DNA of 58,791 nucleotides, filler included, from Circinaria calcarea (taxonomy: Eukaryota), in the NCBI GenBank assembly GCA_051942165.1. It is 10 parts of 10 records of this genome, joined end to end, with 100 filler letters (N's around TTAATTAATTAA, not from the genome) between each part and the next. Parts side by side here need not be neighbours in the genome. Positions count along the whole stretch, not along the records: positions 11,793 to 17,584 come from JAVECS010001783.1; positions 17,685 to 23,475 come from JAVECS010001784.1; positions 23,576 to 29,365 come from JAVECS010001785.1; 7 more parts are not named here. The stretch is one strand, 5' to 3'. Below are positions 13,117-25,897 of this stretch, in pieces. Position 1 is the stretch's first letter. Every line of letters begins with the position of its first letter. The position numbers were made by a program, and so were the translations under genes. Under the pieces are notes generated by a model that was not told where the DNA came from, ran no database searches, and saw only the letters and a program-made list of their open reading frames with translations.

Positions 13117-13779
13117 GTCCATCCATGATTATCCCTCTTGTACTTATTTCTTCGTGTATCCTTTCAGCCAGCCAGTCCGTCCGCACAGAGAGTGATGGGA
13201 TATTATGACCCACCTGTTGTTGCTATCTCACTCCGAGGTCGCCCCAGGCCTCTGAGGCCAAGGAACCCTTACGATATCTCATACGTGTTTGACTCTCAAC
13301 TTTAGTCATGGAAAAGTTAAAGCCTGGTCCTTTCAACCGCCATTTTGGATGCTTCAAATAATTACACCCGAGAATACCGAAAGGAAGTTACTGTCACCGT
13401 GAAGACTGGCTCTCCATTTAGGCGGCTTCAAGGCCTGTAAACTAGATTCAACCCCCGCATATAGGAGATTAAGGGTTCGTGGCCTGTGAGTTAGTAAGGA
13501 TTGTATTAGGGAAGGTTATAGGTTTCTAAGCTTGTTGGCGTGGGATTTTCCGAGCGGTCTCTGATATCTCTTGAGCTTCAGGAGGCGCAGTTTGTATAGA
13601 GGGGCATGGCATGGATAGGGGTCGGGTGGCTTAGCGACTTAGCTTTAGGGTTAGGGTTAACGTCATGGAGTCAATCCTTAGCTAGGGTGGGAGATTATGA
13701 TTTGTCTTCCACCATCATATATGTTGTCAATCTGGGGCTGTATCATAGACTGTTGCCAACACCGGTAGGCCCTAGGCTG

Positions 13780-15504
13780 CTATCGTACACCAGTCTCTCC
13801 AATCCTTGCTGACCGCCACCGCAGCCCCCATCGGACCTCAGCAAGTATCATAGGCACTGTCAAGAGGCACACGGCCGCAAAGACTGTAAACGTCCACCCT
13901 GCCCCGATGCGCGCAATCATCAGCTGGACGACCGCAAGTCCGGAGGCCGAGAGAGCGCAGCGGACGATATTTGAGGACGCCTGCACCGTGGCGGGGTTCC
14001 TCGGATGCAGGTCCGTCAGCAGGGTGCCGCACATGTTGAAGACGCCGGTGATGGAGGCGCCGATGAAGAATTGTAGGATCAGGGGGACGGAGACGTGCTT
14101 TGGAGTGAGTTGAGGTGAGCTTGTTGTGCTTGCTCCGCAGGAAAATCCCCAGAGTTAGGGGACAACATACCGCTTTGGTGGTGAGGGCCCAGCCGTAGCC
14201 GGTGATTGTCGCGATAGCGATTGCGATCGTGTACCAGCTGCTGCGGAAGCGCGCGGACTCGATGGGGAATTTGGCGACGTCGTCGCCTTTTACCTTGTCA
14301 GTGGTGATACCTTGACTCTTTGCTGTGAGCCGGTAATCTCGATTCATAATTTTACCTCTGAGGTTTTAGCGAAACCCCTAGGTGCAGAGACAGGGGCATA
14401 CCAAAAGTGTAGGAGGCTACCACGCAGCCGAATCCAAAGGGTAAATAGATCAGGCCAGCCTTGAGTTCGCTGAAGCCGTATAATTCGATAAAGAGCGAAG
14501 AAAGAGACGCTTGGATGCAGGAATAAGTCATATAGAATATGCCGTTGATAGACACTATCAACACCGTGTCTTTTTCACGCAGAAGGAGCAAGCATTTGAG
14601 TGGATTGGGAAAGTAAATTTGCCTTTTCAGTTGGGACTCTTCTCTGGTTGGTGTATATGGTCGTTGGGAACGCAGGATCGAGCCAAGGGTCATATTGATA
14701 CCCTTCGCCGGGACACTACCATTGCCCACCACGGCACGAGATGTCTCCGGCAGAAATACCACCAGGACAGCCAAACAGAAGCCGGATATCATGGTGAGAA
14801 ACCAGAAGATCCAGGGCCAGCCAGCACGCTCGGCAAGGCCACCACCCAATACTGGTCCTAGACTCGGCGCCACGTTGGGTCTTGCAGTACCATCTATCAG
14901 ATGTATTTAACCGAAACGTAAACACAGTGTGCCTTACCCACATAGCACCGCACCGACATAAGAGCCTCGCTCTGCCGGGCTTGCGATGTCCGCCACTACA
15001 CCATAGGCGATCGATATGGTTCCTTGGGAACCATCAGCATCGTCACTTTGATCGTCCGGACGAGTAGCTACCAGAGCTCCCGGCGCTTTGTACCATTCTG
15101 AGTACCAGCAATGCCGGGTACGACCGCTGCACTGCCAAACCTAGATTGGCTGCCACATAGATGAGGAAGGTGACGATGTAAACAGGCCGTCTGCCCACCT
15201 TGTCGGCGAGGTCACCCACGATCGCTGGAGTGACTCCAGACACGATCATGTAGGACGTAACTGTCAAATTGATCAACTGGATTGTGACACCTAGATCTTG
15301 TGCAATAGGTTTGATCGCTGGGTAGTAGATAAAACTACTTAGCGGCGAAAACATGCCCGCAAAGGCCACGAGGCATACTATCCGCTTCTTTTGTGCCTTG
15401 GTGAAGTTCGAATACACAGTGGCAGAGCTATCCTCATTGACGACCGCTACGTCAGGTGTAGGCGCCACCGTTGTCGGCGCATCCGTCTGTATTCTTTCTT
15501 GCAT
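13780..15504 (-). CDS. MFS drug:H+ antiporter (DHA1-like), 5 exons (introns 15023-15071, 14881-14937, 14356-14401, 14098-14170)
   Basis: FSPLSSFIYYPA, GDLADKVGRRP, LRMVQSAGSS, GPVLGG and LPETSR motifs; multiple TM helices. Confidence 0.92.
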
Positions 15505-16617
15505 TGTATGATAACTCGAGGGTTACCTTCAAACCAAGAAGTGTGAAATACAAGTACATAGGTTGCAGGCGACAGTAGAAGTATGAGCTCGCCTTTGGTC
15601 AATTCGCAGAGGTTGTTCGATAGCTATGGAAAGGACAAGAAGTGGAAAGGAAGTTTCTGGGAGAGAGGCTAGGAGGTTGTGTACCATAAGGATCTGAAGA
15701 AATTTGAAGCGAGAACAGAATACAATCCATCCCCGTTTTACCTCTTTCGCCCTCGCAGAGATTTTACTGTTAACAGGAAGGACCTCCGGATATTATCAAA
15801 GGTTCACAAAAGAACTGCATTCATACTGCAGCAGGCTCTCAGTACATATTCATGAGAGTCATGATAGCTGCTGGGTTGGGTTCAACGTCAAGCTAAATAC
15901 AAAGGTTTCTCAATGTAACGTCTTCGATCACGAGGGCCCACCTCCTCAAGTAATTCGTTTATGCTCCGCAGACACGCGTGCCTTACGTTGCGCGGTTTCC
16001 ACCTCCAGAGCCGCTTCCTCATTCGAATCCACCACCCGCCTCCTGCCAAAATCCTCCTTACATCTTGAGCCTCTAGTTAGCTCAGAAGGATATTAACCTT
16101 CTTGACAATGAGATTTAGCACGTCAAGGCATAGTGGGCTTAAGAAGTCTCGTTGATCCATCACTTGAGAAGATTCTGTTGCAAAAACGGATATCATGCAG
16201 AGTTTTGATAACATGGAGAACTGGGGGTCTGGTGGTTGATGCTCTAGACAAAGCGCGTCCAAGATAAGACAGACGCATGAATGATTAGACTTCACCATAT
16301 ATTTTCCTGTAATGTAGCCTGGCCATACAGCACCGGAACAGGTCTTTCCTTCCCCGATGCACGGTTGCCCTAAGCCCTTGGACCTCTCCCCATATTAACA
16401 AGCAGTTGAACACTGGACGTCGGACTCCTAATTATAGTTTTCTTCCCCCATGACCAGAGAAGCGTACGAACGGGCGTCCAGCATGTTGTCTATCTTTATG
16501 AATAAAGAGGGCATAGAAGACTTTTAAAAACGTTGGTATCCATACTCATATTTACTTGAAAACCCATCACAGCACCCCGAATAATCGATCGGACATCCGC
16601 AAGATAAGGTAAAACGT

Positions 16618-17584
16618 TCAGAGCTTCGAAGAGCCCCTTGGCCGCTCCATGGTTCTAGTCTTAGTCTGATAGTTTTTGACGAGCTGCCTTACCGCTAGAT
16701 CAAGCATTACATCTTCGGAACCACCCGGTATTCGAGTACCAGGGACTTCACTATAAATCTCTGGCTGGTATTAGCTGTGATCCTGATACTAAAGTAGTAA
16801 AGACTAAAACTTACTTTCAACAAGCTCACCCTGACCGCTTTTTGTAAGGCCGTTGCCTCCAAAGAGGAGCACAGCGCACCTTGCACACTCATCCAGAATT
16901 ATACCAGCTCGTGCTTTGGCGAGCGCCGTCAAACCCCCTAACTCCACGTCCGCTTCCACTTTGGTAAGTTTCGTCATTTGATATACGAATTGTTCGATCC
17001 ACGCCCATTGACTCTCGAGAATAGCTCCACATTTCGCCAACCGATGTCTTACCACCGGCTGCTCCATAAGGATCTTGCCAAACGCTTCTCTTCTGAGACA
17101 ATATTCGAAGGCACTCGATAGGGCAACTCTGGCCTGCCTTGTGACGCCAATGGCGATGGTCAGACGTTCGTGATTGAAGTTCGTCATTATATATCTCATA
17201 CCCATACCCTCCTCACCAATCAAGTTGGATACCGGAACACGGACATCTTCAAGGCTGATATATGTTGTGCCTGAGGAGGTTGGACCGGTGACTTTCAAGG
17301 GTCTCATCGTCACACCCGGATGCCCTAACAATGGTACTACAAGAAGAGAGAGCCCACCAGGTCCGGACCCTGATGTACGAACCGCCATAGTGGCATTCGA
17401 TGACCAGATTCCATTGGTGATCCTACATGGGAGTAAGTATATCATGAATACCCAGTTCCTTCTTTCTGCCGTACCATTTCTTCGCACCATTGACTATATA
17501 GTACCTTCCATCGTCGGTTTTTACAGCTGTTGTTTGTATATTGGCTACGTCCGATCCTGCTTCTGGTTCTGTAATGGCGATACA
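16618..17584 (-). CDS. Acyl-CoA dehydrogenase, 5'-truncated, ending in SKL (PTS1); two introns visible
   Basis: AITEPEAGSD, NGAKKWITNG, NFNHERL, LLFGGNG and IPGGSEDVM motifs; last codons TCG AAG CTC TGA. Confidence 0.93.
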
Positions 17585-17684
17585 NNNNNNNNNNNNNNNN
17601 NNNNNNNNNNNNNNNNNNNNNNNNNNNNTTAATTAATTAANNNNNNNNNNNNNNNNNNNNNNNNNNNNNNNNNNNNNNNNNNNN
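17585..17684. other. Artificial contig spacer
   Basis: N44-TTAATTAATTAA-N44. Confidence 0.99.
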
Positions 17685-18085
17685 AGAATGTATGGTGGCA
17701 TTACTACCTGAGTATGTAACTAAGTAACTACCTATGCTACGAAAAAGTGCTTTTATGGTGTGTGGAAGTGTTAAGCATGGACCTCCTAAGCAACACATGC
17801 TCGGTAAGCCCTATGACTTCCAACAATAACGTCGGATAGTGGGACAGCAGTTTTCGCAGAACCCACAGCCGACTTAGCTATAAGAAATAAGTACCGTCGC
17901 CACAGAGCCCGAGTCCCACAATTGGCCGGCTAAAACATCTCGTTTTCATTTAATATATCGTTTTATTGCAAGGCAAACCGGTAGGGCCACCTAGACCTCA
18001 GAGCTGGGTCGAGGTGAAATCCGACGTGAGCCGAGAAATCTAATAAATGGAAAAGAAGAAAAATAAAACTCACAGGCCCGAGGGC

Positions 18086-18108
18086 AGAGAGAGAGAGAGA
18101 GAGAGAGA
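18086..18108. repeat. (AG)n microsatellite
   Basis: Direct read of the AG dinucleotide run. Confidence 0.9.
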
Positions 18109-18243
18109 AAGAGATGCGGACGATAAGCGCATTAATTTGTAAACTGTTAATTAAGAAGTTAACAACTACAGGATATCCCCTTTCATAAGCCAAAATTTAT
18201 ATGAAACTAGGTTCTTGCCGCTTTCTTTCTCTTTCCAACTCAG

Positions 18244-18425
18244 TGTCATGGGTTAGCACCAGGCCACCCCTGGAGGGGCGCACATAGGCCCGGCGCAGCC
18301 CTACGGGCATGTATTTAGCTTCGTGCAGCCATTCTGGCCACATCCCATCCATCTTACACTGAATACACATACTATGCACTTGAGAGCACGCCTTCAGTAC
18401 ATGGCACTCAGTTTCCGGGGTGACA
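18244..18425 (+). mobile_element. Candidate solo LTR (182 bp)
   Basis: TGTCA...TGACA termini, with internal TATTTAG and downstream TGAATACA; no matching TSD. Confidence 0.3.
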
Positions 18426-19849
18426 CGTGGCGGCCAGTGGTATATGTAGGATTTATGTGTTTTCAGCATTAAATTCGCAATATAATAATAAAGCGTTGGG
18501 CAAGATTTCTTTTGACAGCCCTTAGCTGAAAAGAAACGCCTAGATAAAATTAGCGCCGATTGATGTAAAAGGAAGGCGAGATAAATACCGAGCACCAATT
18601 TTTTTTATCCCTTTCACCACTCAGATCGAAAGGGCATGTGCCCGCAAGAGAAGCGGTGGTATCAGCACTCCCTAAAGCCGTTAGGCGTATAGCCAAGCTA
18701 TAGCTCATCATCCTAGAATTTATGCATGTTTATTAGCTCCAGGATATTTGCCTATCAGCACCTCGCCTCTGTACATCCCCAGGTTTGTGGTTATAATGCG
18801 TCGCAGTTGGGATCTCCCTAATACATCACCACATGTGAAGCCAATTTAGGAGCCTTCTCCAAAACGACCCGCTGTTATATATGTCCCGAGTTCATCTGCC
18901 CCAAGATTGGATATTTCAACCCGACTGGGTTATATCGCGAAGACAATCCTTCCCAGCCCCTTCTTGGAATTTTATCGTCCGTGTCTTTCAAGCCCGCGTA
19001 AATGTTTCCCTTCGATAGCCATCATCTGGACTTGATTCCTGGGCGGTCCAAGCGTACTTGCTGAGACTTGACAATCTTTGGGAGTTCCAATTAAAAGTAT
19101 AGATACAACGTGGTGCGTGAACGGAAAGATACTATGTTTTGATAGTTCTGGTGTATCAGATTTCACGGTTCACTAGGCCTCACCTACCCCCTACCCGGGG
19201 CCCTCTGGGGTAGGGTGCTAAATCCAGGCCGCAGGGGGGTGAACAGGGGGATGGGGAGCGACAACTAGAGGGTATAGGGTGGAGGTATCGCTATTGAAAC
19301 TTTCAATGCAGCCGAGCTTACGTATCAGCTGCTTATTGTATCGTCTCAGATCGACTGTTCTAGTGAACAGAAGTTGCTATTGCACTTGGTCCAATTTTGC
19401 TCCGCAAGGCTGCTCTCTTCGATTTCCGGTCGGCCTTGAAATCGAATCTCTCGTACTCTTCAAGCTTTTTGCCCGTCTCGCCAGCCAACACCATCAATAT
19501 CCAGTCCAGCTTAAGCTTATGGACACGATCGATCCCACACGAAATATGATTATCAGTCTTTCTTGGCTATATCTCGAAGAGGTATACCATTCATTCCATT
19601 GAGTGGAGTTCTTGCTGCGAATTCAAACGTTTCACTACTTTTCTTGGCCTGTCGTTGTTCGAAAAAAGCCTCCTCTCGCTATGCTGATCGGCTATGCCGC
19701 TGCTTACGAGCTTTCTGATTTTCTTTCAATGCTTTAACCACCCAACGCACAAATTGACATCTTTTCAGCTGGTAGCATATGCTTAGTAACTGGGATATTG
19801 AAAGGGGTCTGAGGTCTTGGTAGGTAGGTGCCGAAACAAACATGTTTAG

Positions 19850-21191
19850 CTTAGAAGTACATTTGCTTTATCAAATTTCTCTTCTTCATTCCAGCCTCAA
19901 TAGTAATGGCCGCAGTACTCGGGATACCTATTAGCCAAATAATCTCGTATATCTGTTAAAGGACGTCACCAACGCGTAGAACTTGCACGTTTTCTTATTC
20001 CAGAATGAAATGACTCTCAACGCTGTTGCATCAAAGGGTATGACTATAGAATGCGCATGTTGAGAAATCATTGCCGATTTCCGTCGCTCGTTTTCGCCGC
20101 TGCTTCCAGGCTCAGCTCCGAATTTCGCCTAGGTTTTTCCGATTCCCATAAGGAGATAAATTCCTACCCAGACTCCCTAGGAACTTGCTCTGAATGGTTT
20201 AGAATTTCCGCAGCAGTGGGCGCGCATATAACTGGCGGCACGTTAACCTTCAGCAGTTAATAGTAGCTCTGGAATTGGCACTGATTAGCTATACGTCGGG
20301 CGGGGCGTGGCGGCAGCCGATCGTGCGTCGGAAATAATACGAGGTACCGCAGTCCTGGAATTGCTCGTGCTATTTAGTCATATTCGCGGCCGCAGACTTA
20401 TACCCGAGCTTGGACAGCTCAGGGTTTAATAACGCCTGGCATAGTACGCGATGTACAGCCATATTTATATGCTTTTCGCCTGTCTCCGAGTCTCCGTCTG
20501 CCACTTTATTCTCGATGTTGTCCAGGTAAATTTTCATAAATATTTTAAGTTGCTTTTGATCCGGTTGTAGTTCGATCGTATGGTATTTGTATATGCACAC
20601 AATATTTCCAATTCTTTTAACGGCCCCGAATACGTTTATTTCGTCTGCTATCGTCCGACGCATTTGAAAATTCCTCTAGAGGCTGGGGATTACCTTCTGG
20701 GCAACGTGAACTGACATCTGATTATCATCTCCGAGAGTTAAGGCGTGGCGTTTGAATGCAACGGGATCGAGAAGATGGAGAAAAGGACTCAGGTTGACCG
20801 CGGTCAACCTGAGTTCATCAGCCGTGGCCGTAGCACCAAACTCTGTATTATGAAATAGAGATCGATTATTAGGAGAACGTAGATCCAGAGTCCGCTTAAA
20901 CATCCTCTCATCATCCGACTTCAGCTCCTCTCGGCGTGATGGAATCCCGCCTCTACTTGCGTGTTGCTGGACCTTGCACGTCGAGTATACCTTGACTTAC
21001 TATTCCTGGCGGTCGCGCTTCTGCTTCGCCCAGAGATAAGACAAGTAGCTATCGAACCTTGTTGGGACGTAAAACAAGTGTTTTTTGGGTGAGAAGGACT
21101 GCGGTACTCCCGATTTTGGAGGTTGTAAGTAGGCAGCTACTCTTTTTTCTGTCATCGAAGAAGTCTCTGATGACGCCGCCATAAGACGCAA
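19850..21191 (-). pseudogene. Degenerate coding relic, possibly a SNF2-like/P-loop helicase
   Basis: Collinear fragments broken by stops and frameshifts: SYLSYLW, LHLLDPVAFKR, FQMRRT, HTIELQ, HRVLCQALLNP, K*HEQFQDCGTSYYFRRT, ALVTSF. Confidence 0.35.
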
Positions 21192-21290
21192 CTGCTCAAG
21201 CTATTCTCTGGTATAGGGAAGATGGGGAAACCAAGAGATATTTCGTAGCATAAATTTTTAGGTAGCATAATCCTGGCATCGTTCTTTATC

Positions 21291-21314
21291 ATATATATAT
21301 ATATATATATATAT
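21291..21314. repeat. (AT)n microsatellite
   Basis: Direct read of the AT dinucleotide run. Confidence 0.9.
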
Positions 21315-22284
21315 CTTTGGCCAATAGCAGCAACTTCTCCATATCTTTACCAACGGTCTGGTTAGCTTACCCCGAGTTGTGCAGCACTTCTAAGTACACC
21401 GCGATTAGCCCTTGTCCCGTCCTTTAGTAGTATCTAAATGGATATCTCTCTATGAAGAAGTATCTGTCAGATACACTCATAATAAGTGCAGCGTATCCGA
21501 CGCCAGACCGGGAGTGCTGAGCTATCTGGGATAGTTGTTGGTCTTGAATTGTCAGTGGCACAGCATGCTCTATTCGAAGTAAATTGCATGGGCGTCAACT
21601 GGAAGATACATAAGCAGAGCGCGTTTATCGCTATCATAGTCGGAGACCTAGCGGTTGGCTTGGATTGTACCAGTTCTTGAATTACGCTGTTGCGATATGC
21701 CTTAAGGGACAATAAATAAAGGCTGAGATGCGGGTCAGCTGGTTCCATATGAACAAAAATCCGGTCAGAAACAGGCTTCTTCAACAACCTCAGCAGAACG
21801 GACCTCTATCTCTATCCCAGACGAACCCAGAGACCAATAGAAATAGCGTCTGAGAAGCGTAGCTCTCTTCTAGAGTATAACCCTCATAGGGTATTCCTAA
21901 AGGAGGCTATGGCTACTCCAAGTTTCCATATCTGAATGCTCGCAGGGATGAGGAACAGCCAAGACTGTACCTACATATTATCGAAAGAGCGTCAATCCAT
22001 GAAGAAAAGTAGATAGCCAGAAATCATTCCTGTGGCGGTGTTCCCACCAGGAAAAACGATGAGTCGTGACAGCTGTATCAAGATGTTCAAAAGTCAAGGG
22101 GCGCTTCAGTAGATCAAGCGCCGGCAATTAATGACATGTATATCCCGCTAATTTCCAGCGAGGAAGGGAGGATACCCGCGCCAAGGAAACCGTGAAATAC
22201 AAGCCTAGAAAATCCCCAAGCCTGAATACATTCGGAGCTAGTTACTGTATACTCCGCACACCAACTAAACCACATCTTATTGCG

Positions 22285-23475
22285 CTAAACTATTACCTCA
22301 GGTAGAGCATCAGTCTCTCTAATCCGCGGAAGCGGTTTCCCAAGGCTTCCATCCCGTTCTTCCGCTCTATAGAAACCTTCATAATATGGGGAGTATTGCG
22401 TAGTATCGGTCTTGGACAATGGTTTTCTAAGGTACGATCGTATAAAAGTGATGCCGGAGGGTATCTTCTCATGCAGGAACCTGTATAGGGGTAGCATAGC
22501 CGGGAGGTTGACGGCGATTAGGCCGATGTTTTCCTCGAGACTTGTAGAAAGGAAGGTTCAGCGAGTGCTCCACTTATAAGGGGTGGGACGGTGGGAGAAA
22601 CTTACAGTGCCCAGATTTCGATAGGGATGATTGACCCTGTCTCGTTGCTCAGTTGATTCGAGCATGGTACAGCCGAGTAAGCGGTGCAAACTTACATGTA
22701 GGGTCACTGCGGTCTAGTATCACCCTGAACAGAGCGATTCGAACGACACAGCATGCTGTAGCTCTAGAGGAAACCATGGCATTAACTTGGTTTGCCTTCT
22801 TCTGGGAGCGGAAGGTACATACAGTAGACCCATCCCCATCAAGCCGCAGATTGCTATCTTTGTTCGCCGAGAAATCTGTACATTCCATAAGACTGCAACC
22901 GGAAGGCTTGAGCAGATGAAGTCGGTGATCACGGAAAAGACTAGAAACAGACTGTATCAGCATTCTCTCCCAAACAATATAGGTAATTAGGGTCGTACCG
23001 CCCTGAAAGTAGCCCCAAATCAGGTATACATGTACACTCCAGCAATGAGCTTTGACCCTTGGATCCCATAGGCCTGACATTGGTCTGCACTGGAGGATAA
23101 ACACAATAGCGCATGAGGAATTGACCGCCACCAGACCAACGATCAACAGCCAGATGAACGATTTTAGCCGTTTACTATTCGGTATGCGCATGAGGAACAA
23201 ACAGATGGAGACCTTTGTAAGGCACGTAATTATGATAAGAAACAGCTGGGCCAGGTCAACGTATTTGATACCTTCAACTACTTGAGGTTTGGTGAGGTAA
23301 TAGATATGCCTTCCGCCACTTGTTTGAAACTGTTTGGCATTAAAGGCCGTGGATATGGTACTTAGGACCTAATTGGATGTCAGGGAATTGCTTGGATCCG
23401 CCAACAGAATTCTTACTAATGCCATAGCTATAGTATAGTCGTCCCATCCCATCTGATGCACAATGAATCCCCGAG
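22285..23475 (-). CDS. PTH11-like (fungal rhodopsin-domain) integral membrane protein, multi-exon, 5'-truncated
   Basis: MGWDDYT, GGRHIYYL, KVSICLFLMRI, QCRPMSGLWDP, TDFICSSLP and EENIGLIAVNLP motifs separated by GT-AG introns. Confidence 0.88.
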
Positions 23476-23575
23476 NNNNNNNNNNNNNNNNNNNNNNNNN
23501 NNNNNNNNNNNNNNNNNNNTTAATTAATTAANNNNNNNNNNNNNNNNNNNNNNNNNNNNNNNNNNNNNNNNNNNN
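23476..23575. other. Artificial contig spacer
   Basis: N44-TTAATTAATTAA-N44. Confidence 0.99.
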
Positions 23576-24221
23576 TGAGACTTTCACAATGGCCACCTAT
23601 ACCAAAATCTTCCTGCAGTTCCCTCCTGACCAAGTTTTCTGGAATACCTCGACCCAGTTCTTCCTCTATGCAGATCCCAACGAACGTGGCTACTTCCCCC
23701 TCTTCCAATCCCTTGATGGGCCCGGATTCCTCCCTGGTTCAGGCATTCTCTTTGTCACGGTCGTTTCCTCACAATCCTACCGTGTCGAAGCTCAGAACGA
23801 CCAAATCACCAAGGAACAGGTTCTTGCGGTACTTCGAAATATGTTTGGCCCCGAAAATGTGCCGATGCCGACTGCTTTCATGTACCCACGGTGGAGCCTG
23901 GAACCCTGGGCTTACGGCAGCTATTCAAGCTGGCCGCCCGGGACGAGTCTGGAAATGCATCAAAATCTGAGGGCGAACGTCGGGAGGTTGTTCTTTGCCG
24001 GTGAGGCAACGAGTGCGGAGTACTATGGTTTCCTTCATGGGGCTTATTTCGAGGGGCAAGCGGTCGGAATGCAAATCGCCGGCTGTCTGGCGGGAAACCA
24101 GACCGCGTGTGCAGGGAAGGTGTACTATGAGGTCTTGCACGGAACGACGCCGCTGGAGGAGTACAACGAGACCAATGGGTGGGACGTGACGAGCTTCCAG
24201 ACCTATGGGATTGTGGCATAG
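23576..24221 (+). CDS. Flavin-containing amine (polyamine) oxidase, 3' part
   Basis: YTKIFLQF, PWAYGSYS and RLFFAGEATSAEYYGFLHGAYFEG motifs. Confidence 0.92.
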
Positions 24222-25436
24222 CGCCCTAGGTGGAAGTAGAGACAGCTAATGTTGTTAGATACGATGGGATTGTAATCTTAGATCGATCCAGACTTGTTGA
24301 TATCTAATGAAGTACAAGACATCTAGTCATTCATTCTCCACGCATCCTACTGCAAGTCAAGGCATTCAACGGACCCCAACATTTAATCTGAGTCGGTTAA
24401 CACTAAGACCGTTGAGTGTACTGTGACGCAATATTCCTATCGTTACGGAGACTGACGTTTACCCCTTGCAGTTCCACAGTTTTTCTGTTTAAACAATCTG
24501 CATCAACTGAAGGGCCCTCAACTGTAAACGTATCCGTCTACGAGAGTGGGGCAAGAGTGCATGAAAATTCCATCGCATTTCGTTGAGCCTGCCCGTAAAG
24601 AAAGATCGATCCTATTGGCTGTAGATATATCCTTAGCAGATACGGAGTACTCTGCAAGCGTATCATATGAAGCACATTCTCTCTTGGGATTGTTGGTTAA
24701 TGCACTGAACCATATCGGTAGTAACAATTGGAAGAGTCTTAAGGGGGTGGAAAGGAAAATTCCCGACGAAAACTCGGGGATGCGCGTGAACAATGGTGAG
24801 TGTTTACTAGCAGATTATTATGGTACGGTTTGTGGATTCATTTTGGGAAATGGTGTGTAGCTTGTGGGCAACTTTCGAAGGAGCAGAACGGTTAAGCAAA
24901 GAATGTTGTGTCCGCTTGTGGGGGATGGTCGACTAAGTAAGCAAATGAACTCCAGGGCGTGCACGTAAAAACTTACGGAGCGTTGTAATACATAAACCCA
25001 GTTTTTCAAGTTTCTTTCAACTATAGCAAGCTAACCGAAAAGTCGGATGTGGAAAGGCAAGGCCCGGCCCTGGATATAGGAGAGTAATTCCAACACTGAG
25101 TTGTAACTCCATGGTTCCACGGAAACAAGTATGGTTACTCATGTGATATATAATAAGTAAGGTCAGTACAAAAAGCTTCCTTCATCTCCGTTGCACGTTC
25201 CTCTTATTGCAGACTTTTCCTAGCAAGGAGCCTGATAAAGGCCTCCTTTTAAGAACTTTCATAATTAGACTCCTATGGTCTAGCTTCCTAGTGCCAGTTA
25301 CTGACCCTATCTCGGATTATGCTACAGCTGCAAAGTGTATTCTGGGACACTTCCGCGGTCAGCTCAGTCTTAAACCTGCTATTGCTTGCTGCCACGTAGA
25401 GATTCCAAGCTACTATAAGCTTTGCTGCTTGGCAAG

Positions 25437-25897
25437 TCAGACCTCTACCTTAAACAAGGTCAAATCGCTAAAGTTATATAAGCCCCATTTGTAGTCGACG
25501 CCATCATACTTCAATATCCTGCGGCATCAGCGTTGGCAGTTTTCTTTGAATTTTCTCCTCGGTAGGAAGAATCAATTTAGCTTACGTCGGAACTTTATCA
25601 TCGCTCTTTCCTTCAAGGCCTGTCGAGTGCGGCTCAGGCCACTGCTGTATGATCGTTTGGGAATCGGCCTGATTAATGGATGTCAGCTATCAGCGGACGA
25701 ATTTGCAGCATACTTGGAACCCACATTCCCCGTCTGTGCCCAAGCAATACCGGAGTATGTTGTCCCTGTCAATGTTAGGCTGAGCATTTGGTTGACCAAA
25801 TGATCCCGTAGACTCGTGAGGATAGCCTCTACCTACCAAAATCTACGGCCACTAAAATCTTTATCTTCCGGTCGAGAACTCTTTCATTGATGGCCAT
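25437..25897 (-). pseudogene. Truncated HSPA12-like Hsp70/actin-like ATPase (88 aa; exons 25897-25837, 25765-25725, 25668-25586, 25518-25437)
   Basis: Spliced translation MAINERVLDRKIKILVAVDFGTTYSGIAWAQTGNADSQTIIQQWPEPHSTGLEGKSDDKVPTILKYDGVDYKWGLYNFSDLTLFKVEV*. Shows the phosphate-1 motif DFGTTYS, QWP, KVPT and KWG, with three canonical in-frame introns. No recognisable remainder downstream. Confidence 0.85.

Noticed and set aside
13646..13660. TTAGGG telomere-like repeat
   Set aside because: Only two full units, internal to a contig.
13780..24221. Apparent metabolic cluster (MFS, acyl-CoA dehydrogenase, receptor, amine oxidase)
   Set aside because: Spans contig spacers; no backbone synthase gene; adjacency is artificial.
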